Shown: one piece after another, positions 28,501 to 36,129 of the stretch | Layout: every line of letters starts with the position of its first letter | How positions within the stretch are numbered: position 1 is the stretch's first letter | IMG/VR virus record: IMGVR_UViG_3300042970_000025 | Reading direction: 5' to 3' (one strand) | DNA: 64,000 nucleotides | From: a virus | Lineage: Duplodnaviria > Caudoviricetes | Notes under the pieces: model-generated | What the model was told of the DNA's origin: nothing | The model's input: the letters and a program-made list of their open reading frames with translations, nothing else | Database searches by the model: none | Translations under genes and position numbers: made by a program

Positions 28501-29496
28501 AAAGAAAGCTATTGGAAAAAAGGTATTGATGAGATGAATTTTGATGCTATTGTAGGAAATCCGCCATATCAGAATATGGATGGCGGAAATAAATCGAGTG
28601 CTTCGCCAATTTATCATTATTTTATTGAGCAGGCAAAGTCAATAAATCCACATTATCTTTCTATGATTGTTCCAGCAAAATGGTATTCGGGTGGCAAGGG
28701 ACTGGATGCATTTAGAAAAGAAATGTTAAGCGACAGACGAATCGTAAAAATCTTTGATTTTAGCAATAGCTTGGATGTCTTCAACAATGTAGATATTGCA
28801 GGTGGAATATGCTATTTTTTGTGGGATAATGCTTATAATGGAAAATGTTTGTTTACAAACCATAGCGCAATTGGAACTACAAGCATTCAAAAATATTTGG
28901 ATGAATATGATGTGCTGATCAGATACCCTCTGGCGGATTCAATTATCAGGAAAATATTAAATAAAAATGAGAGCAAACTTTCTGAAGTTGTATCTAGCAG
29001 AAAACCATTTGGACTTGCTACCAATGTCAAACCGCAACAAGAAGGGGATCTTACGCTGAGATATACAGGTGGAACTGGACCTTATAGGAGAGCAGATGTA
29101 AAGGTGGGAATCGACATAATCGATAAATGGAAGGTAATGATTTCCTATTTAAGTGCGGAACACGCTGGCCAGCCTGATAAAAATGGTCAATTTAAGGTAT
29201 TATCTACGACAGAACTATTACCACCAAAATATATTTGTACGGAAACGTACTTGATAGCTGGGTACTTTGATACGGAAAATGAAGCTGTCAATTACTATGA
29301 TTATTTAAAAACGAAATTTGTTAGATTCCTTATAGGACAAGTTGCGGTATCTCAGCATATAACAAAGAATTCGTTTATGTTTGTTCCGAGCCAGGATTTT
29401 AGCAAGGAATGGAATGATGAACAATTATTTGAAAAGTATGGGTTGAGTAACAATGAAATCCATTTCATTGATTCAATGATAAAGCCTATGGATTAA
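25510..29496 (+). CDS. Single-chain restriction-modification enzyme: putative nuclease, SF2 helicase, Eco57I-type adenine MTase and TRD
   Basis: GIY-YIG-like YVF...LKIG start; AKMRYGKT; DEAH; SGTP; NPPY. Confidence 0.85.
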   Translation: MMDTRFKEAFDYKVIYVFTILDEAHKGLLKIGDATVETESPIDKLPPNCHELNQAALKRIRSYTNTAGLNPKLLHTELAVRQKKNKDGSVVNEAFRDHQVHDVLKNSGIRNVKFDGSTGQEWYKIDLETAKKAIEAVKNYYANLSNSSSSASTHTPIVFRPEQEDCIKKAVKHFKKADRFLVNAKMRYGKTLVSLEIVKECKFNKTIIMTHRPVVNAGWYEDFTKIFYDENDIIYGSKDNGYTVEKLLNTGKRFIYFASIQDLRGSSEVGGKFNKNDAVFSTHWDCVIVDEAHEGTTTALGEETVKAVVKEGSGTKFLALSGTPFNILTDYDENSIYTWDYIMEQECKYGWDDKHFGDHNPYDDLPELRIYTYSLGDILHNSNYITYEDKAFNFREFFRTFTGDYKADYADMPEGAEVGDFVHEADVWSFLNLMTKEDEQSGYPYSNEEYRNIFKHSLWMVPGVREARALKKLMLKHPVFGSGQFDIVNVAGNGDQDEESEDALKKVKNAIRSAKKSGTYTITLSCGKLTTGVTVKDWTAVFMLAGSYSTSAANYLQTIFRVQSPCSDNGKVKDRAYVFDFAPDRTLKMISSAVQVSSKAGKTKESDRRIMGKFLNYCPVISVSGSQMHEYSTNRLLQQLKRAYADKVVRNGFDDSKLYNDELFKLDKVDIEKFDKLKGIIGTSKAAPKANDITVNDQGLTDEEYEEQEKLKKKKKKDLTPEEKARLEELNKKKKVRSDAISILRGISIRMPLLIYGADIPYDEEVTLDKLVDIVDDSSWEEFMPNGITKRVFKDFQKYYDEEVFIAAGRRIRNISREADTLEPTERVKKIAGLFSYFKNPDKETVLTPWRVVNMHMSDCLGGWCFYDESFEEDKKLDEPRFVDRGQVTADVFGKLDTRILEINSKTGLYPLYVTYSAYRRRLRELGNKELNVQELQKIWLDTVRENIFVICKTPMAKAITKRTLVGYADAVINAHYFDDLINTMKNKPQQFVKRVLKESYWKKGIDEMNFDAIVGNPPYQNMDGGNKSSASPIYHYFIEQAKSINPHYLSMIVPAKWYSGGKGLDAFRKEMLSDRRIVKIFDFSNSLDVFNNVDIAGGICYFLWDNAYNGKCLFTNHSAIGTTSIQKYLDEYDVLIRYPLADSIIRKILNKNESKLSEVVSSRKPFGLATNVKPQQEGDLTLRYTGGTGPYRRADVKVGIDIIDKWKVMISYLSAEHAGQPDKNGQFKVLSTTELLPPKYICTETYLIAGYFDTENEAVNYYDYLKTKFVRFLIGQVAVSQHITKNSFMFVPSQDFSKEWNDEQLFEKYGLSNNEIHFIDSMIKPMD

Positions 29497-29660
29497 GGTG
29501 GAGAATGATTACTATGAAAGCAGACATTATCACTATAACTAATTTATTGTGGTGGTCGAGTCCTTTGATTTACTGGGGATGAAGGACATTCAACGTGATA
29601 ATGAAATTTGCTTAGTTGCTTTTTAAAAATAATTTGAGAAAGAGAGTTAGGCAGGATCAA

Positions 29661-32600
29661 ATGAAAGGTTCAGAAGCGAAGTTATTAAACTTTATGGAAG
29701 GTGCAAATTACAGATACGTCATTCCAGTTTATCAGAGAAAGTATGATTGGAAAAGAGACAACTGCGAACAGCTCTATGACGATTTAAAGAGCGTCATTCG
29801 GGATCATAGAGACAGCCATTTTTTCGGAAGTATTGTTTCACAGGTGATACCAGAAGGTGCCAATATTCATTATCAGATTATTGATGGTCAGCAGCGTTTG
29901 ACAACGGTTACGTTGCTCCTTCTGGCAATGAGTAATCTTATCCGAGACAAGAAAATCAAGTCTGAGGAGCATAAACTTGATGAACAGATCATGCAGCGTT
30001 TTCTTATTGCCCCTTGGGCAGCGGAAGAGGACAAAATAAAACTTCGGCCCGTAAGAGAAGATCGGGAAGCATTAAAAAAGTTATTCGGACAAGAGGAGGA
30101 TTTTGATCGAAGTTCCAACCTCACCATAAATTACTATTATTTCTGTGAACAGCTTCTTCGGGAAGAAGTCAGTGTGGACGATTTATATGCGGCAATCGGA
30201 AAGCTTGAAATCATCAGTATTCTGCTTGAGCATGGTGATAATCCACAGCTTATTTTTGAAAGTCTGAACTCGACCGGCCTGGCTCTCACCGAAGGAGATA
30301 AAATAAGAAACTATATTCTGATGGGATTAACACCAAAGGAACAGACTCAATATTATGATAAGTACTGGACTAAAATTGAGAAGTGCACGCAGAATAACGT
30401 CAGTGGATTTGTTCGAGATTATCTGAGTATAAAGCAGCAGGTTACGCCAACCATAAGTAATGTTTATCATGCGTTTAAGAAATATGCTGAAGAGGCGAAT
30501 TTGCAGGTTGAAGATCTCCTCGCAAGCCTTTTGGAATATGCTCGTTATTATGAAAAGCTACTTACTGGTAACAGTGGGTTAAATAACCAGGAACTGGATG
30601 ACTGCCTGTATCGCTTAAACCGATTAGAAGTGGGTGTAACTCGTCCATTCTTTATGGAAGTCCTGAGGCTTAACCATGAGGGGAAGTTGTCCGTGGATGA
30701 TGTGCTGCAGGTTTTCCTTATCACGGAGAACTACTTATTCCGTAGAAATATCTGTGATGTTCCGACGAATGCCTTAAATAAGGTGTTCTTGAACTTGAAC
30801 AGAGATATCCTTCGCTACGATAACACGGTTAATGATTACGTCGATAAATTTGTGTACGCGTTACTTACGAAAAAAGAAAGCGGCAGATTCCCGCGTGATG
30901 ATGAGTTTTCGATGGCACTTTCTGAGAAGCAGGTATATCAGATGCGTGGAAAATATAAAGTTTACCTGTTCGAGCGTTTTGAAAACTACGGTACGATTGA
31001 AACCAAGGATGTTTATAAACATTTAGATCAGAACGATTATTCAATTGAGCATATTATGCCGCAGCATCTCACTCCAGCATGGATTGAAAGTCTTGGCCCA
31101 GATTATGAGACAATACACGAAACATGGCTTCACCGACTGGCAAATCTTACTTTGACTGGATATAATCCGAGCCTCAGCAATAATACTTTTATTGAAAAGA
31201 GAGATGCCAAAGTTGGCGGATATAAAAACAGTGGACTGCGCATGACCCAGAAAATTGCGGCTAAGGATTCTTGGGGGCTTCCTGAATTAGAAGAACGAAA
31301 TAAGAGAATGGTGAATTATGCTACGAAAGAAATCTGGAAATGCCCAGCAACTGCATTCCGGCCAGCAATAAAAGAATTTGATTCTTGTACATTGGAAGAT
31401 GAGAATTATGACTTAACTGGAAGGGATATTATTAAATACAGTTATCAGAACATGGAGCAGCCGGTAGCCAGCTGGGCAGATATGCTTGAGCATGTACTGA
31501 AGTTTCTGCATCAGAAGGACAAATCTGTTCTTGTGAGCATAGCCTATAACCAGAATTCGGCGTCGGATCTCGCAGCTTATGTCAGCACTGATCCAAAGAA
31601 ATTACGCAGTGCAATAAAGGTAGATGAAGAACTCTATTTTGAAAAGGGAACCAGTACTTCGCTCAAAATTTCTATCCTCCGCAGATTATTTGCACTCTAC
31701 AATGCTGACCCAATGGATTTGGTGTTCTATCTGCGTGATGTTCAGCAAGAGAAGGTATCGGATGAGTCGAGGTATGAATTAAGAAAGAGGTATTGGGCTT
31801 ACGCGTTGCCGGAGATCCAAAAAAAGAATGCTCATCGGGGAACATTTACAAATTGCGCATTAACCTCTTCAAACACGGTTTCTGGATATTTTGGACTTTC
31901 GGGATTTAGTATTCACTGTGTTGCGAATTATGATAAAGCACGCATTGATATGTATCTGGGAAATGGAAGCAAGGAAAAGAATAAAAAGGCATTTGACTTA
32001 TTACAGAACCATAAGTCGGAAATCGAGAGTAACTTAGGAACGGCTCTCAACTGGGAACGTTCTAATGATACTAAAGGATCTTGGATTTCATATTCTTTGA
32101 AAGATGTCAGCATTACGAACGAAGCTGACTGGACCAGGATGGCGAAGTTTCAGGCAGAGTGGAGCGATAAGTTTGGCAATGCGATGATTCCTATCCTTGA
32201 GGAGAACTTCAGCGACGAGACTGAGGATGAAAGAAATAAAAGGAAACGCATAGCTGTAGTCACAGGGTATATTCATGAATGGGGCTTGAAGAAGACCGAG
32301 TCTGGAGAAATCGACTTTGATCTTGCCAAGAGCAATCAGGCCTATTCTCGTTTCAGGACAAAAGAAATGTCTGCTCTGCTTCCGGATGTGGAAGGTGCGC
32401 TAAGCGACTGGAATGTGCTGAATCATTACTTTTATGAAATCCGCAATACGACAGGGGAAAGCCTGTATATTCAGTTAGCCTTTAATTCAAAGAATCTTCC
32501 TGAGGATCAGAGGGAAATCTGCGAACGCATTTGTGATATAGAATCCACGAAATATAAGAAGAATTGGGATTGGCTGCTCCCGTTACGTACCGGCACTGAG

Positions 32601-32714
32601 ACCTTTGGTATTGACGCAGAGGAGGAAGCTGTATTTGAATCACTGGATAAACTGCAGGAAGAGATTCTTGAGAAGCAGAATGATCTGCTAAAGCGATTGG
32701 AAGAAAGCAGATAA
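29661..32714 (+). CDS. GmrSD-like type IV restriction nuclease (DUF262 + DUF1524 HNH) with extra C-terminal domains
   Basis: IPVYQRKYDW, IIDGQQRLTT, FESLNSTG, SIEHIMPQ...LANLTL. Confidence 0.88.
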   Translation: MKGSEAKLLNFMEGANYRYVIPVYQRKYDWKRDNCEQLYDDLKSVIRDHRDSHFFGSIVSQVIPEGANIHYQIIDGQQRLTTVTLLLLAMSNLIRDKKIKSEEHKLDEQIMQRFLIAPWAAEEDKIKLRPVREDREALKKLFGQEEDFDRSSNLTINYYYFCEQLLREEVSVDDLYAAIGKLEIISILLEHGDNPQLIFESLNSTGLALTEGDKIRNYILMGLTPKEQTQYYDKYWTKIEKCTQNNVSGFVRDYLSIKQQVTPTISNVYHAFKKYAEEANLQVEDLLASLLEYARYYEKLLTGNSGLNNQELDDCLYRLNRLEVGVTRPFFMEVLRLNHEGKLSVDDVLQVFLITENYLFRRNICDVPTNALNKVFLNLNRDILRYDNTVNDYVDKFVYALLTKKESGRFPRDDEFSMALSEKQVYQMRGKYKVYLFERFENYGTIETKDVYKHLDQNDYSIEHIMPQHLTPAWIESLGPDYETIHETWLHRLANLTLTGYNPSLSNNTFIEKRDAKVGGYKNSGLRMTQKIAAKDSWGLPELEERNKRMVNYATKEIWKCPATAFRPAIKEFDSCTLEDENYDLTGRDIIKYSYQNMEQPVASWADMLEHVLKFLHQKDKSVLVSIAYNQNSASDLAAYVSTDPKKLRSAIKVDEELYFEKGTSTSLKISILRRLFALYNADPMDLVFYLRDVQQEKVSDESRYELRKRYWAYALPEIQKKNAHRGTFTNCALTSSNTVSGYFGLSGFSIHCVANYDKARIDMYLGNGSKEKNKKAFDLLQNHKSEIESNLGTALNWERSNDTKGSWISYSLKDVSITNEADWTRMAKFQAEWSDKFGNAMIPILEENFSDETEDERNKRKRIAVVTGYIHEWGLKKTESGEIDFDLAKSNQAYSRFRTKEMSALLPDVEGALSDWNVLNHYFYEIRNTTGESLYIQLAFNSKNLPEDQREICERICDIESTKYKKNWDWLLPLRTGTETFGIDAEEEAVFESLDKLQEEILEKQNDLLKRLEESR

Positions 32715-32789
32715 AGAATCGTTCAGGGACGATAATTAAAATTGGGATAAATATTTTCATGAAAACCGAGAGGAACGAAGTATCAGAAG

Positions 32790-33323
32790 ATGAGTAATTT
32801 ATCAAGAATGCAGGGATCACCCTGGCACGTAGAACGTATGGAACGAGGTGACGGTGACGAGAGGAGGCACCGCAGCAGGTGCATTTATTTTCATAAGAGA
32901 GGAAAGCATTGCATTTATTATAATGGCCAATGCTATGGATCAGCGCATTGCAATTATTACAAGGAAGGAAATCATAAAAATAAAGAATTCGCAGATTCAC
33001 TTCGAAAGAAAACTGAGAAAGTACATAATAACAATTGGCCAGGATCAGGAACAACAAATTATGAGATGGTCGGAGTATATACGGAAACGGCCAGAAATCC
33101 AATTGTCACAAAGAATAGCAAGGTTACGCTGCGGACAGGGGAGCAAGAAGAATTTACTATCATTATTGTTGAGGACGGTCGGGGCGATCCGTTCTCTAAT
33201 CCGATGAAAGTTTCTGAATCCGCTGCACTGGGCAGGGCGTTAATGAGACATAAAGAAGGTGACACTGTTCAAGTAATAATGAATGACGAAGTCGTAAAAT
33301 ACAAGATAGTAAGTATAGGATAA
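32790..33323 (+). CDS. Cys/His-rich N-terminus fused to a GreA/GreB-like C-terminal domain
   Basis: RHRSRC...C...C....HC; VSESAALGRALMRHKEGDTV. Confidence 0.6.
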   Translation: MSNLSRMQGSPWHVERMERGDGDERRHRSRCIYFHKRGKHCIYYNGQCYGSAHCNYYKEGNHKNKEFADSLRKKTEKVHNNNWPGSGTTNYEMVGVYTETARNPIVTKNSKVTLRTGEQEEFTIIIVEDGRGDPFSNPMKVSESAALGRALMRHKEGDTVQVIMNDEVVKYKIVSIG

Positions 33324-33388
33324 ACTTATTAACGATTAACCATACCTTTTAACGTTTACCACACCATTTAACGATTACAGATAGGAGG

Positions 33389-36115
33389 GTGTGCACTGTG
33401 ACAAGATCAACTACAGTTCAAAACGGTGCATATCCTCTATATGCAAATCGCGGAGCGTCTGATGGCGGAGCTGAAGGGCCGGAAAGCCGTTATTTCAAGA
33501 CATTCAGTGGTATTGTGCTGAGCGAGGCAATGAAGAGGCATGGTATCAAATTCGACGTCTTTATAGATCCATGTATGGGTTCAGCACACTTCGGGGTCTA
33601 CGCTTTTGACGTGCTCATGAAAATTTACACGGAATACGGCTATACAGAGCGAGAAGCAGCTGCCTCCATTGTGCAGAATAATTTGTTTGGACTCGATATT
33701 GATGAGCGTGCTGCACAGCTTGCCAGCTTTGCCATTATGATGAAGGCTATGCAGTATGACAAGCGGTTCCTGAAGCGTGACATTCAGCCGCATTTTTACG
33801 AGATAAAGGAAAGTAATCATGTTAATTCCTTTACCATTGATTCCTTTACCAATGGGAACGACAAGCTCAAGAAGGATATCCAGTCGATTATCGAGGAAAC
33901 ACGGGATGCCAAGGAATACGGCTCTATCATTCAGATAAAGCCTGTAGATTTTGGCGCACTTTTTGCGCGATTTGAAGAGATCGAAGGAGATGTCAATCTC
34001 TATAAAGATATGGCATTGGATACACTTCTGCCGCTTGTACGAGAAGCAAAGATTCTGTCCGACAAATATGCAGTGGTAGCTACGAATCCGCCGTACCTCA
34101 ATAAGTTTGACGCGAAGCTGAAGAAGTATATCGTGGACAACTACGCCGATTACAAGGGTGACCTGTTCAGTGTGTTCGTTTACAGAAATTTTGGATTCTG
34201 CGAGGAGAATGGATATTCCGGATTCATGACGCCTATGGTCTGGATGTTCATAAAGACATATGAGCCTTTACGGAATTATGTGCTGAAGAATAAAGCAATC
34301 ACAACGCTGATCCAGTTTGAATACTCAGCGTTTGAGGAAGCGACAGTGCCTATCTGCTCGTTTGTGCTGAAGAATGGAAAAACTGAGAGCAAGGGAGAGT
34401 ATTTCCGCCTGTTCGATTTTACGGGCGGCATGGAAGTACAGCGTAAAAAGGTAAAGGAAGCATTAGCAAATCCGGATTGCGGCTACTTCTACGAATCCAC
34501 CCAGTCCAACTTCTCCAAAATTCCCGGCAGCCCGGTGGCGTATTGGGCGAGTGAACAAATGTTGAAGGATTTTGAAATAGGAACGCCTTTAGAAAAAATC
34601 GCCTATCCTCGACAAGGCATGGCAACAACAAATAACAATAAGTTCTTGAGATTATGGTTTGAGCTCATAGCGGGAAATATAGGATTTAATCTTCATGATG
34701 AACGCGACACCTATGATGGATTTAAGTGGTTTCCTTATAACAAAGGCGGAGACTTTAGAAAATGGTATGGTAACAACGACTATGTAGTCAATTTCAAAAA
34801 TGGCGGAAGGGAAGTCTGCGATTATATAGATGCGCATTCAGCTGTTAATCATACTGGACGAGTTATTAATAGAGATAGGTACTTTAAGCCAAGTGTCACA
34901 TGGTCAAAAATATCAAGTGGCAATATTGCATTTAGGTATAAGCCGAATGGCTTCATATTTGACGTCGCAGGCACATCAATTTTTGGAAATGATAAAACTC
35001 TAAAATGGATAGAAGGTTTTTTGAATTCAAACACTACGCGTAGAATATTATCTATGTTATCACCAACATTAAATTTTGAAGTTGGTCATATATGTTCAAT
35101 ACCGGTGATAGAAACTTACGATGATAAAACTATAGATCTTGTAAATGAAAATATACATTTAAGCCAATTTGACTGGGACTCCTTCGAAACCTCCTGGGAC
35201 TTTCAGCGACATCCACTTATCCGCAGCACAACGACGATCAAAGAAGCTTTCTCTCAGTGGCAGCAGGAATGCGACGAGCGTTTCAATCAGCTGAAAAGTA
35301 ACGAGGAAGAACTGAACCGTATCTTCATCGACATCTACGGCTTGCAGGATGAATTGACACCGGAGGAAGAGGAAAAGGATGTGACTGTCCGCAAAGCTGA
35401 CCTCGAACGGGACATCCGTTCGTTTGTCTCCTATGCTGTTGGCTGTATGTTTGGTAGGTATTCTCTTGATGTAGACGGTCTCGCCTATGCGGGCGGCGAT
35501 TGGGACAGCTCGAAATACAAAACATTCATTCCAGATAAGGATGCCATTATCCCGATTACTGATGACGAATATTTCACAGATGATATTGTCGGTTGCTTCG
35601 TGGAATTTGTGAAGGATGTTTATGGCGCTGACACGCTGGAAGAAAATCTGAAGTTCATTGCGGATGCGTTGGGTGAGAAAGGCGCTACATCACGGGAGGT
35701 CATTCGGAATTATTTCATAAAGGATTTTTACAAGGATCACTGCAAGACCTACCAGAAACGTCCGATTTACTGGCTCTTCGATTCCGGCAAGAAGAACGGA
35801 TTCAGGTGTCTAATATACATGCACCGCTATCAGCCGGATACTATCGCCCGCATTCGAACTGACTATGTACATGAACAGCAGGCGCGCTATCGCACGGCAA
35901 TTTCCGGTCTTGAGCGCCAGATTAACGGTGCTTCGACATCAGAGCGGATTCGTCTGAATAAGCAGCTCAAAAAGCTTCGTGATCAGGCGGAGGAAACTCG
36001 TCTATACGAGGAAAAGATACACCATCTTGCGGATCAGATGATCTCGATTGATTTGGATGATGGCGTGAAGCACAACTACGCAATATTCCAGGATGTTCTG
36101 GCGAAGATTAAGTAA
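33389..36115 (+). CDS. pglX: BREX-1 adenine methyltransferase PglX, N-terminally truncated/chimeric
   Basis: DPCMGS, TNPPY, PYNKGG.FRKWYGN, YQKRPIYW, IDLDDGVKHNY; motif I begins only ~60 aa from the start. Confidence 0.85.
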   Translation: MCTVTRSTTVQNGAYPLYANRGASDGGAEGPESRYFKTFSGIVLSEAMKRHGIKFDVFIDPCMGSAHFGVYAFDVLMKIYTEYGYTEREAAASIVQNNLFGLDIDERAAQLASFAIMMKAMQYDKRFLKRDIQPHFYEIKESNHVNSFTIDSFTNGNDKLKKDIQSIIEETRDAKEYGSIIQIKPVDFGALFARFEEIEGDVNLYKDMALDTLLPLVREAKILSDKYAVVATNPPYLNKFDAKLKKYIVDNYADYKGDLFSVFVYRNFGFCEENGYSGFMTPMVWMFIKTYEPLRNYVLKNKAITTLIQFEYSAFEEATVPICSFVLKNGKTESKGEYFRLFDFTGGMEVQRKKVKEALANPDCGYFYESTQSNFSKIPGSPVAYWASEQMLKDFEIGTPLEKIAYPRQGMATTNNNKFLRLWFELIAGNIGFNLHDERDTYDGFKWFPYNKGGDFRKWYGNNDYVVNFKNGGREVCDYIDAHSAVNHTGRVINRDRYFKPSVTWSKISSGNIAFRYKPNGFIFDVAGTSIFGNDKTLKWIEGFLNSNTTRRILSMLSPTLNFEVGHICSIPVIETYDDKTIDLVNENIHLSQFDWDSFETSWDFQRHPLIRSTTTIKEAFSQWQQECDERFNQLKSNEEELNRIFIDIYGLQDELTPEEEEKDVTVRKADLERDIRSFVSYAVGCMFGRYSLDVDGLAYAGGDWDSSKYKTFIPDKDAIIPITDDEYFTDDIVGCFVEFVKDVYGADTLEENLKFIADALGEKGATSREVIRNYFIKDFYKDHCKTYQKRPIYWLFDSGKKNGFRCLIYMHRYQPDTIARIRTDYVHEQQARYRTAISGLERQINGASTSERIRLNKQLKKLRDQAEETRLYEEKIHHLADQMISIDLDDGVKHNYAIFQDVLAKIK

Positions 36116-36129
36116 AGGAGGCTCTGCTT

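Noticed and set aside
29505-29660. Short ORF MITMKADII... after the R-M gene, and the upstream TTG start given for the GmrSD-like gene
   Set aside because: Probably a deletion remnant; the ATG at 29661 (MKGSE) is the more plausible start
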